From the NCBI RefSeq assembly GCF_000007145.1, contig NC_003902.1, positions 2,666,497 through 2,698,496 of the forward strand: 32,000 bases of DNA. Direction: 5' to 3'. Both the position numbers and the translations under genes were made by a program. This stretch comes from Xanthomonas campestris pv. campestris str. ATCC 33913. Its GTDB lineage: Bacteria > Pseudomonadota > Gammaproteobacteria > Xanthomonadales > Xanthomonadaceae. The notes under the pieces are model-generated. The model ran no database searches and was not told the DNA's origin. It saw only the letters and a program-made list of their open reading frames with translations. Shown here piece after piece: positions 24,490 through 32,000 of this stretch. Position 1 is the stretch's first letter, and each line of letters begins with the position of its first letter.

Positions 24490-25667
24490 GCACGCGTTGC
24501 GATGTGCTGGTCGTCGGCGCCGGCGCTGCCGGGCTGATGAGCGCCTTCACGGCCGGCCGCCGCGGGCGGCAGGTGCTGGTGATCGACCACGCCAACAAGG
24601 TGGGCAAGAAGATCCTGATGTCCGGCGGTGGGCGCTGCAACTTCACCAATACCGGCACCACCCCGGCCAATTTTGTTTCGGCCAACCGGCACTTCTGCAA
24701 GTCCGCCCTCGCCCGCTACACCCCGAGTGCGTTCGTGGAACTGGTGGAGCAGCACGGCATCGCCTATCACGAGAAAGAGCTGGGCCAGTTGTTCTGCGAT
24801 GTGTCGTCCAAGCAGATCGTGCGCATGCTGCTGGACGAATGCGAGGCGGCCGGCGTGCAGATCCGCACCCAATGCGAGGTGCAGGCGGTGCGCCGCGACA
24901 GCGACGGCTTCAGCGTGGACACCAGCCAAGGCCGCGTGCAGACGCAGGCGCTGATCGTGGCGACCGGCGGGCTGTCGATTCCTAGCATGGGCGCGAGCGG
25001 CTTCGGCTACACGCTGGCCAGGCAATTCGGTCATCAGCTGCTGCCTACCCGCGCCGGGCTGGTGCCGCTCACCCTCAGCGGCAAGCATCAGGAACGCCTG
25101 CAGGATCTGTCCGGCCTGGCCGTGCCGGTCGAGGCGCACTGCAATGGCGCCAGTTTTCGCAACTTCATGCTGATCACCCACCGTGGCGTCAGCGGGCCGG
25201 CGATCCTGCAGATCTCCTCGTTCTGGCAGCCCGGCGATGATCTGCGCCTGGACCTGCTGCCAGGCCATGACGCCGAGGCCTGGCTGCGCGAACAAAAGCA
25301 ACTGCGCGGGGCCACCGAGCTGCGCAACGTGCTGGGCGAGGTCCTGCCACGGCGCTTTGCGCAGCGACTGTGCGAGGTGTGGCTGCCAGACAAGCCGGTG
25401 CGCCAGCTCGATCCACCCCAGTTGCGCGCGGCCGCCGACCTGCTCGGTGGCTGGCCGCTGGTGGCCAGCGGCACCGAGGGCTATCGCACCGCCGAGGTCA
25501 CCCTGGGCGGCGTGGACACCGACCAGGTGTCCAGTGCGACGATGGAGTCGCGCCTGGTAGCCGGGCTGTACTTCGTTGGCGAAGTGCTCGACGTCACCGG
25601 TTGGCTGGGCGGCTACAACTTCCAATGGGCCTGGGCGTCCGGGCATGCTGCCGGAAGCGTGGCCTAG
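24486..25667 (+). CDS. NAD(P)/FAD-dependent oxidoreductase of the HI0933/YhiN (BaiN-like) family
   Basis: The ATG overlaps the yaeQ TGA (aatga at 24485-24489). It has the dinucleotide-binding motif DVLVVGAGAAG, plus KILMSGGGRCNFTN and the C-terminal GEVLDVTGWLGGYNFQWAW. Confidence 0.88.
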   Translation: MSTRCDVLVVGAGAAGLMSAFTAGRRGRQVLVIDHANKVGKKILMSGGGRCNFTNTGTTPANFVSANRHFCKSALARYTPSAFVELVEQHGIAYHEKELGQLFCDVSSKQIVRMLLDECEAAGVQIRTQCEVQAVRRDSDGFSVDTSQGRVQTQALIVATGGLSIPSMGASGFGYTLARQFGHQLLPTRAGLVPLTLSGKHQERLQDLSGLAVPVEAHCNGASFRNFMLITHRGVSGPAILQISSFWQPGDDLRLDLLPGHDAEAWLREQKQLRGATELRNVLGEVLPRRFAQRLCEVWLPDKPVRQLDPPQLRAAADLLGGWPLVASGTEGYRTAEVTLGGVDTDQVSSATMESRLVAGLYFVGEVLDVTGWLGGYNFQWAWASGHAAGSVA

Positions 25668-25752
25668 GTCTCACCGTCGCTGCGCGCCCGTCCACATACA
25701 TGGACGCGCCGAACCCCTTCGTGTATTAAAGCCCGTCTCTAGGGAGCCGCGC

Positions 25753-27822
25753 ATGCAGAAAGGCAAAGATCTCACCCTCCGCCTGATGATTGTCGATGAC
25801 AGCGTGGAGAGTGCCGAGGCCATCGTGACCGCGCTGCGCAACGGCGGCATCGCCGTGCGGCCGTCACGCCCGCAGACACCGGAAGAGCTCGGCAGCATGT
25901 TGTCCGGGCAGATCGACCTGGCGGTGCAAGGCCAGGCGCAGCAGATTCCGATGTCGGCCCTGCAGCAGCAGATTGCCGGCAGCGGCAAGGACATCCCGAT
26001 CATCCAGCTGGCCGATCGCATCGAAGAGAACGCATTGGTCGAAGCCGCCGCGCATGGCGTGCGTGCGATTGCGCTGCGCCATCGCACCGAGCATCTGCTG
26101 GCATTGGTGCGCTCTGAGTGGGCCGACCTGCAGGCGCGCCGCGGCTTGCGTCGCATCGAGGCGCAGATGCGCGAAACCGAGCGCCGCTGCGATGCACTGA
26201 TTGCCTCGTCGCGCGACCCGATCGCCTACGTCCACGAAGGCATGCATATCCGTGCCAACGAGGCGTACCTGGAGATGTTCGGTTTTGAGTCCTTCGAGGA
26301 CGTGGAAGGTGTGTCGCTGCTGGACATGATCGCCGCGCAATACGTGGACGATTTCAAGCAACTGCTCAAGGCCCTGTCCAAGGGCGAGCCGCCGCCGGCG
26401 CAGTACAAGGTCGACGCGCGTCGGCTGGAGGGCGATACCTTTCCGGCGACCATGGAATTTGCCACCGCCACCTATGAGGGCGAGCCCTGCATCCAGGTGG
26501 TGTTCCGGCGCCGCGAAGAATTCGACCCGGAACTGGCGCGCGAGGTCGAGGACCTGCGCCAACGCGACCAGGTCACCGGCCTGCTCAACCGCCCCACCTT
26601 CATGGTGGCGCTCGAACAGGCGGTGGCACAGGCCGGCCGCAGCGAAGGCCAGTCCGGCTTCCTGTTGATCGAACCGGATCATTACGCGCGGATCCTGCCG
26701 GAGATCGGCCTGGATTCGGCGGATGCGCTGATCGCCTCACTGGCGGCGCACCTGGCCAGCGTGCTGGATGACAGCGTGGTGGCCGCGCGCTTCGGCGAGC
26801 ACAGCTTTGCGTTGTTGATGGACGGCAACTATGCGCGCTCGCATGCGCTGGCCGAATTGGTGCGTGACGCGTTTGCGCAGCACGTGTTCAGTGTTGGCGA
26901 ACGCTCGGCCACGGTCACCGTCAGCATCGGCGGTGTGCAGATTGGCGAGAAGATCGCCAGCATCGGGCAGGTGCTCAACCGCGGCACCGAGGCGGTGCGC
27001 ACCACGGCCGAGCTCGGTGGCAATGCGGTCAGCATCTTCGACCCGGCCGCCGCCGATCGCGCCGAGGAAGAACGCATCGAGCGCTGGGTGGAACAGTTGC
27101 GCGAGGCGCTGATCGGCGACGGCTTCCTGCTGCATTACCAGCCCGTGCTCAACCTGCAGGGCGAGCCGCTGGAGCTGTATCAGGCGTTCCTGCGGCTGGA
27201 GCGCAATGGCGAGATGATGTCGCCGAATGCGTTCATGGCCATTGCCGAAGAACACGACCTGATCACCGAGATCGACCGCTGGGTGGTGGCACGTGCCATC
27301 CGCCAGCTGGGCGAGCGCCAGCGCGCCGGGCACAAGACCCACCTGCTGGTGCGCATCGGGCCCAATTCGTTCTCCGACCCACAGATGATCGACACTATCC
27401 GCGAACAGCTGGCGGTCTACGGCGTGCCAGGAGAGCGGTTGTGGCTGCAGACCCCGGAATCGAAGGTATTCACCCACCTGCGCAACGCCCAGCAATTCCT
27501 GGCTTCGGTCTCGGCAATGGGCTGCAAGGTGGGGCTGGAGCAATTCGGTTCGGGACTGGATTCGTTCCAGCTGCTCGCACACTTCCAGCCCGCGTTCCTC
27601 AAGCTCGACCGCAGCATCACCGGCGACATCGCCTCTGCCCGCGAAAGCCAGGAAAAGATCCGCGAGATCACCTCACGGGCGCAGCCGACCGGCATCCTCA
27701 CGGTGGCCGAGTTCGTGGCCGATGCACAGTCGATGAGCAGCTTCTTCACTGCGGGGGTCGATTACGTGCAAGGCGACTTCGTCGCGCCCACCGGCCCGCT
27801 GATGAACTACGAGTTCGGCTGA
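25753..27822 (+). CDS. fimX: FimX-like c-di-GMP receptor: pseudo-receiver - PAS - degenerate GGDEF - degenerate EAL
   Basis: ATG at 25753 follows AGGGAG. The REC-like N-terminus (RLMIVDDSVE) lacks an Asp at the acceptor position by my alignment (IDLAVQG). GGDEF is replaced by GEHSF, EAL by QAF (LYQAFLRL) and DDFGTG by EQFGSG. The 689-aa length and architecture match Xanthomonas/Pseudomonas FimX. Confidence 0.75.
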   Translation: MQKGKDLTLRLMIVDDSVESAEAIVTALRNGGIAVRPSRPQTPEELGSMLSGQIDLAVQGQAQQIPMSALQQQIAGSGKDIPIIQLADRIEENALVEAAAHGVRAIALRHRTEHLLALVRSEWADLQARRGLRRIEAQMRETERRCDALIASSRDPIAYVHEGMHIRANEAYLEMFGFESFEDVEGVSLLDMIAAQYVDDFKQLLKALSKGEPPPAQYKVDARRLEGDTFPATMEFATATYEGEPCIQVVFRRREEFDPELAREVEDLRQRDQVTGLLNRPTFMVALEQAVAQAGRSEGQSGFLLIEPDHYARILPEIGLDSADALIASLAAHLASVLDDSVVAARFGEHSFALLMDGNYARSHALAELVRDAFAQHVFSVGERSATVTVSIGGVQIGEKIASIGQVLNRGTEAVRTTAELGGNAVSIFDPAAADRAEEERIERWVEQLREALIGDGFLLHYQPVLNLQGEPLELYQAFLRLERNGEMMSPNAFMAIAEEHDLITEIDRWVVARAIRQLGERQRAGHKTHLLVRIGPNSFSDPQMIDTIREQLAVYGVPGERLWLQTPESKVFTHLRNAQQFLASVSAMGCKVGLEQFGSGLDSFQLLAHFQPAFLKLDRSITGDIASARESQEKIREITSRAQPTGILTVAEFVADAQSMSSFFTAGVDYVQGDFVAPTGPLMNYEFG

Positions 27823-27921
27823 GGCCATAGCCACCCGCGTAAGGCGCCATGCTGCTGGCTGGCGCCGTGTGCGGTTTATCGCCACGGTGCGCTGCCGAGA
27901 ATCAAGGAAACACGCCACAAC

Positions 27922-27948
27922 AAAAAACCCGCATGACGCGGGTTTTTT
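27922..27948. terminator. Bidirectional rho-independent terminator between fimX-like gene and htpX
   Basis: The structure is aaaaaacccgc atgac gcgggtttttt, with A-run and T-run flanks, so it can terminate in both directions. Confidence 0.85.
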
Positions 27949-27969
27949 GTTGAAAGGCAAACCGCTGGC

Positions 27970-28848
27970 TTACATCGCCGTACCGTTGGACGCACGCAAG
28001 GCGGCAATGCGCTCGGTCAGCGGCGGGTGGCTCAGGAACAGGCGACGCAAGCCCTCACCCACACCGCCGGAAATGCCGAACGCCTGCACCTGCGAGGGCA
28101 AGGTGTTCTGGCCGTGATTGAGCGATAGGCGCTCCAATGCGGCGATCATCTTGTTGCGCCCGGCCAGCTGCGCGCCACCGGCATCGGCACGGAACTCGCG
28201 GCGGCGCGAGAACCACATCGCGATCATCGTGGCGAACAGGCCGAACACCATCTCCAGCACGAACACAATGATGTAGTAGGCAAATCCACGCCCGCTGTCG
28301 CGATTGCCAGACAGCGCGCTGTCGATGATGCCGCCCACCACGCGCGCCAGCACGATCACGAAGGTGTTCAGCACGCCCTGCAGCAAGGCCATGGTGACCA
28401 TGTCGCCATTGGCAATGTGGGCAATCTCGTGGCCCAGCACGGCCTCGGCCTCGTCTTCGCGCATGTGCTGCAGCAAGCCCGTGGAAACCGCCACCAGCGC
28501 ATTGTTGCGGTTGGCACCGGTGGCGAAGGCGTTGATTTCCGGTCCGTCGTAGATGGCCACTTCCGGCATGCCGATACCGGCCGCCTGGGCCTGGCGGCGC
28601 ACCGTGTCCACCAGCCAGCGCTCGGTCTGCGTCCGCGGCTCGGTGATCACCTGCGCGCCGGTGCTGCGCTTGGCCATGAACTTGGACAGCAGCAACGAAA
28701 TGAACGAGCCGCCGAAGCCGAAGATGGCGGCCATCACCAGCAGGCCACTCATCTGTGTCGGATTCACGCCCAGCACCGACATCACAATGCCGGCCAGGAT
28801 CAGCACCGCAAAGTTGGTCAAGAGAAACAGGACGACACGGTTGAACAT
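27970..28848 (-). CDS. htpX: Membrane zinc metalloprotease HtpX
   Basis: It has N-terminal TM segments, the zinc motif [13 protein letters not shown], and the C-terminal [11 protein letters not shown] typical of HtpX. Confidence 0.93.
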   Translation of the reverse strand: MFNRVVLFLLTNFAVLILAGIVMSVLGVNPTQMSGLLVMAAIFGFGGSFISLLLSKFMAKRSTGAQVITEPRTQTERWLVDTVRRQAQAAGIGMPEVAIYDGPEINAFATGANRNNALVAVSTGLLQHMREDEAEAVLGHEIAHIANGDMVTMALLQGVLNTFVIVLARVVGGIIDSALSGNRDSGRGFAYYIIVFVLEMVFGLFATMIAMWFSRRREFRADAGGAQLAGRNKMIAALERLSLNHGQNTLPSQVQAFGISGGVGEGLRRLFLSHPPLTERIAALRASNGTAM

Positions 28849-28890
28849 AGAGGCAGTGGCTCCGCACGCAAAGAGGGTGAACTGCTGCGG

Positions 28891-28919
28891 ATCTGCGGAC
28901 GTGGCGGGTTGAAATCAAG
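28891..28919 (-). promoter_or_regulatory. Candidate sigma32 (heat-shock) promoter for htpX
   Basis: On the minus strand the sequence is CTTGATT-N14-CCGCAGAT, compared with the consensus CTTGAAA-N13-14-CCCCATNT. It lies about 40 nt upstream of the htpX ATG. This is a motif match only. Confidence 0.3.
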
Positions 28920-28948
28920 CAAGCACCTGACCGACGATTCAGCTGCCC

Positions 28949-29842
28949 ATGTCCTCACTCCCTTACCGCGGCCGCTTCGCGCCCTCGCCCACCGGCCCCC
29001 TGCACTTCGGCTCGCTCCTGGCTGCGTTGGGCAGCTGGCTGCTCGCGCGCCATGCCGGTGGCGAATGGCATGTGCGAATCGAAGACATCGACCCGCCGCG
29101 TGCCGAGCCAGGCGCCTCAGAGCGTCAATTGCATACGCTGGCTGCGTTCGGGCTGCACTCTGACGGGCCGGTGCTGTATCAGTCCGACCGCGATGCGTAT
29201 TACGAGGCAGCACTGTCGCGGCTGCTGCGCAGCGGTGCGGCGTTCGAATGCAGTTGCAGCCGCGCAGAGCTGGCCGCGATGGGTGGCATCCACCACGTCT
29301 GCGTGGCGCCACTGGGCATCCGCCGCGCCGTGCGCCTGCGGGTGCCGCCGAACACCCAGGCAAGCTTTCAGGACGCGCTGCAGGGGCGCATCACCCAGGA
29401 TGTGTACTCCGAAGTAGGCGACGTCGTCCTGCGCCGGGCCGACGGCTACTGGGCCTACCAGCTGGCGGTGGTGGTCGACGATGCGGCGCAGGGCATCACC
29501 GATGTGGTGCGCGGGGCGGACCTGCTCGACTCCACCCCGCGCCAATTGGTGCTGCAGCAGGCCCTGGGCGTGGCACCGCCGCGCTATCTGCATCTGCCGC
29601 TGATCCTGGGCGCCGACGGGCGCAAGCTTTCCAAGTCGCATGCGGCGCAACCAGTGGATGACAGCGACCCGCTGCCAGCGCTGCGCGCGGCCTGGCGGGC
29701 GCTGGGCCAGGCACCGGCGGCCCTGCCCGCGCGCGCATCGGTGGCCGGTGTGCTGCAGCATGCCGTGCAGCATTTTTCGCCGCAGCGGCTGCCGCGCGTT
29801 GCCAGCCTGGACGCTGCCACGCGCATCGACGCCCCGGCTTGA
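28949..29842 (+). CDS. gluQ: tRNA glutamyl-Q(34) synthetase GluQRS
   Basis: It is a truncated GluRS-like catalytic domain of 297 aa. Motifs are RFAPSPTGPLHFGS (HIGH-like) and GRKLSKSH (KMSKS-like). Confidence 0.9.
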   Translation: MSSLPYRGRFAPSPTGPLHFGSLLAALGSWLLARHAGGEWHVRIEDIDPPRAEPGASERQLHTLAAFGLHSDGPVLYQSDRDAYYEAALSRLLRSGAAFECSCSRAELAAMGGIHHVCVAPLGIRRAVRLRVPPNTQASFQDALQGRITQDVYSEVGDVVLRRADGYWAYQLAVVVDDAAQGITDVVRGADLLDSTPRQLVLQQALGVAPPRYLHLPLILGADGRKLSKSHAAQPVDDSDPLPALRAAWRALGQAPAALPARASVAGVLQHAVQHFSPQRLPRVASLDAATRIDAPA

Positions 29843-29931
29843 CTAGAATTGCGACCCAGCACCGGCTTTCGCCCTGACGCCTCCGCAGCGTCGCGGGCGC
29901 CGCCAGCCCTATCTGCTCATTGGAGTTGCGC

Positions 29932-30672
29932 ATGACATCTCGCGTCGCGTTGGTCACCGGCGGCACCGGCGGTATCGGTACCGCCATCTGCAAGCGCCTG
30001 GCCGACCAGGGTCACCGGGTCGCCAGCAATTTCCGCAACGAAGAAAAAGCACGCGAGTGGCAGCAGCGCATGCAGGTCCAAGGCTACGAATTCGCCCTGT
30101 TTCGTGGGGATGTGGCCTCGTCCGACCATGCGCGCGCGCTGGTGGACGACGTGGAAGCCGCGCTCGGGCCGATCGAAGTGCTGGTCAACAACGCCGGCAT
30201 TACCCGCGACACCACGTTCCATCGCATGACCGCCGAGCAGTGGCACGACGTCATCAACACCAATCTCAATTCGGTGTTCAACGTGACCCGCCCGGTGATC
30301 GAAGGCATGCGCAAGCGCGGCTGGGGCCGGGTGATCCAGATCAGCTCCATCAACGGGCTCAAAGGCCAGTACGGCCAAGCCAATTACGCCGCCGCCAAGG
30401 CCGGCATGCATGGTTTCACCATCTCGCTGGCGCGCGAAAATGCGGCCTTCGGCATCACCGTCAACACGGTGTCGCCGGGCTACGTGGCCACCGACATGGT
30501 GATGGCTGTGCCGGAAGAAGTGCGCGCCAAGATCGTCGCCGATATCCCCACCGGCCGGCTTGGGCGGCCGGAGGAAATTGCGTATGCAGTGGCGTTTCTG
30601 GTGGCCGAAGAGGCGGCGTGGATTACCGGCTCCAACCTGGACATCAATGGCGGCCACCACATGGGCTGGTAA
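29932..30672 (+). CDS. phbB: Acetoacetyl-CoA reductase (SDR family)
   Basis: The ATG at 29932 follows GGAG; the ORF-track TTG at 29920 was rejected. Motifs are VTGGTGGIG, NNAGIT, the catalytic YAAAKAG, and the overall PhbB pattern (GRVIQISSINGLKGQYGQANY). It is adjacent to phaR. Confidence 0.88.
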   Translation: MTSRVALVTGGTGGIGTAICKRLADQGHRVASNFRNEEKAREWQQRMQVQGYEFALFRGDVASSDHARALVDDVEAALGPIEVLVNNAGITRDTTFHRMTAEQWHDVINTNLNSVFNVTRPVIEGMRKRGWGRVIQISSINGLKGQYGQANYAAAKAGMHGFTISLARENAAFGITVNTVSPGYVATDMVMAVPEEVRAKIVADIPTGRLGRPEEIAYAVAFLVAEEAAWITGSNLDINGGHHMGW

Positions 30673-30675
30673 CGT

Positions 30676-30732
30676 TTGCTGCAGATGAGCGGTGCAGCAT
30701 GGAAATCCGTGTCAAATCATGCTGCGCAGCAT
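30676..30732. promoter_or_regulatory. TGC/GCA-rich dyads upstream of phaR (candidate PhaR operator and/or weak phbB terminator)
   Basis: The dyads are gctgca-N9-tgcagc (30678-30698) and the perfect 14-bp palindrome atgctgcgcagcat (30719-30732), which is followed by tttttt. A further GCTGCTGCGGTGCGC tract lies at 30781-30795. Confidence 0.35.
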
Positions 30733-30831
30733 TTTTTCCCCGTCTGCTTAAGAAAATAAGGCGTTCTGGCTGTTGCAAGCGCTGCTGCGGTGCGCCATCC
30801 TGCGCGCACTATCGTTGTGAGTGAACGTTCC

Positions 30832-31398
30832 ATGGCCGGACTTCGCATCATCAAGAAGTACCCCAACCGCCGTCTCTACGACACGGAAATTTCCAGCTAC
30901 ATCACCATCGAGGATGTGCGCCAACTGATCATCGACGGCGAGGAGTTCGAGGTCCGCGATGCAAAAAGCGGCGAAGACCTCAGCCGCGCCGTGCTGCTGC
31001 AGATCATCGCCGACCAGGAACAGGACGGTGAGCCGATGCTCTCCACCCAGTTGCTGAGCCAGATCATCCGTTTCTACGGCGACTCCCTACAGGGCTTCAT
31101 GGGTAATTACCTGGAGCGCAGCATGCAGGTGTTCCTGGACCAGCAGCAGCAGTTCCGCCAGCAGATGGGCAACCTGCTCGGGCAGACGCCCTGGGCGATG
31201 ATGAATCAGCTCACCGAGCGCAATCTCGAGCTCTGGCAGGAATTCCAGCGCAACTTCGGCGCCGGCTTCGGTCGCCCGGGTGGCCCTGGTACGCCGCCCA
31301 CCCCGCCCGGCAGCAGCAGCATGGGCAGCGGTCTAGGCAGCGGAACCAGCAGCAGCAACGCGACCGGCACCACCGGCAAGGCCCGCAACCGCGGCTAA
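30832..31398 (+). CDS. phaR: Polyhydroxyalkanoate synthesis repressor PhaR
   Basis: The start is the ATG at 30832 (MAGLRIIKKYPNRRLYDTEISSYITIEDV). The motifs PHB_acc_N (IKKYPNRRLYDT) and PHB_acc (LLQIIADQE, LSQIIRFYG) are present, followed by a low-complexity Gly/Ser tail. Confidence 0.9.
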   Translation: MAGLRIIKKYPNRRLYDTEISSYITIEDVRQLIIDGEEFEVRDAKSGEDLSRAVLLQIIADQEQDGEPMLSTQLLSQIIRFYGDSLQGFMGNYLERSMQVFLDQQQQFRQQMGNLLGQTPWAMMNQLTERNLELWQEFQRNFGAGFGRPGGPGTPPTPPGSSSMGSGLGSGTSSSNATGTTGKARNRG

Positions 31399-31442
31399 GC
31401 CCTGACTGGCGTGGCGCAACCTGCGCCGCGCCCGTCATCACA

Positions 31443-32000
31443 TCAGTGGCCAGCCTGCTCCGCGCAGGCCTTGCAGATCCGCTCCACGCGATACCCGCGT
31501 GCACGCAGACGCTCCACCACCCCGTCGCGACCCAGCAGGTGCAAGGCACCGACCACCACCAGCGTAGTGCCGCCCTGCTTGCCCAGCCGCTGCTCCAGAC
31601 GCGGCACCCAGCGCGCATTGCGCTCCACGTTGATGTCTTGATACAGCGCGGGATACTGCTTGCGCATGTCTTCGGCCATTTGCGTGGTCAGCAGATGGAC
31701 GTCACCACGGCGCCAGGCATCGTGCAGCGCATTGACCTGATCGGCGGCACCGGCCTCATCGAGGGTTTCGGCCAGCAGTTGCTGTTGTTCGGTCGCAGTC
31801 ATGCTGTCGAGCAGGGCGATCTGTTCGTCCGCGCGCTCCAGGCCATCGGCCGGTTTGCCACGTGCCTGCGCCAGCTGCATCAGGTAATTGTCCAGCCCTG
31901 CATCGGCCTGCATGCCCTGGCGTCGCATCTCGGCCAGGCTGAGCGTCAGGGCGACAAACCACGGTTTCATCGGCTGCAGGCTCTCCAGCGGGATGCCGTG
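31443..32000 (-). CDS. TraB/GumN family protein, 5'-partial (N-terminus beyond the window end)
   Basis: The frame remains open to nt 32000 (..HGIPLESLQPMKPWF..). Family-typical segments are MKPWFVALTL, GLDNYL and TLVVVGALHLLGRDGV. Confidence 0.8.
   Translation of the reverse strand, partial: HGIPLESLQPMKPWFVALTLSLAEMRRQGMQADAGLDNYLMQLAQARGKPADGLERADEQIALLDSMTATEQQQLLAETLDEAGAADQVNALHDAWRRGDVHLLTTQMAEDMRKQYPALYQDINVERNARWVPRLEQRLGKQGGTTLVVVGALHLLGRDGVVERLRARGYRVERICKACAEQAGH

Noticed and set aside
30699-30824. A 41-aa Cys-rich small ORF (MEIRVKSCCAAFFPRLLKKIRRSGCCKRCCGAPSCAHYRCE) lies between phbB and phaR.
   Set aside because: The Cys codons are simply the TGC-rich dyad repeats read in frame. 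There is no convincing Shine-Dalgarno motif, and the region looks like a regulatory spacer. Translation is not excluded, but it is unsupported.
1-32000. I searched the whole window for tRNA, rRNA or tmRNA genes, prophage or integrase genes, and known defence-system genes.
   Set aside because: I found no T-arm/GTTCGAATC-like tRNA signatures and no rRNA-like stretches. Every sizeable ORF was assignable to a housekeeping or known family, apart from the two unknowns reported. Nothing here supports a mobile or defence island.

Overview
This is a GC-rich chromosomal segment, roughly two-thirds G+C by eye. Gene content (GH28 polygalacturonase, FimX-like protein, GumN/TraB protein, Mn-SOD) and GTAGGAGCG-type REP repeats point to Xanthomonas or a close Xanthomonadaceae relative; this is an inference, since no database search was possible. 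I call 31 protein-coding genes, almost all core housekeeping. On the minus strand a tight cluster runs efp, lipoprotein, TRZ/ATZ amidohydrolase, ubiG, gph and an unknown gene. The other genes are epmB, a PhnD-like binding protein with a HAMP-GGDEF-EAL enzyme, trmJ, suhB, sodA, an RNase Sa-like ribonuclease with barstar, uup, dbpA, apt, selO, a lipoprotein esterase, a GST, cspA, yaiI, yaeQ, a yhiN-like flavoprotein, a FimX-like degenerate GGDEF-EAL protein, htpX, gluQ, phbB, phaR, and 5'-truncated GH28 and GumN/TraB genes at the two window edges. Many ORF-track starts are too far upstream, and I re-derived starts from ATG/GTG/TTG codons, Shine-Dalgarno motifs and neighbouring stop codons. I found no rRNA, tRNA, CRISPR array, transposase, integrase or obvious island boundary. 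I do not see a clear-cut novel multi-gene system. The best candidates for follow-up are listed below.
- An orphan periplasmic binding protein is translationally coupled to a membrane GGDEF-EAL enzyme.
- A 78-bp palindromic element built from CGGGAAT heptads lies in the uup/dbpA divergent region, and a solo half-copy lies between ubiG and gph.
- A 188-189-bp unit (inverted REP pair plus 13-bp hairpin) is tandemly repeated about 2.7 times between suhB and sodA.
- An exported RNase Sa-like enzyme and its barstar overlap by ATGA.
- Two nuclease-fold proteins of unknown function (yaiI, yaeQ) are adjacent, and yaeQ is coupled to a flavoprotein.
- Two uncharacterised genes are embedded in the efp-to-gph cluster.
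All family assignments rest on motif recognition in the translations and need HMM or BLAST confirmation.
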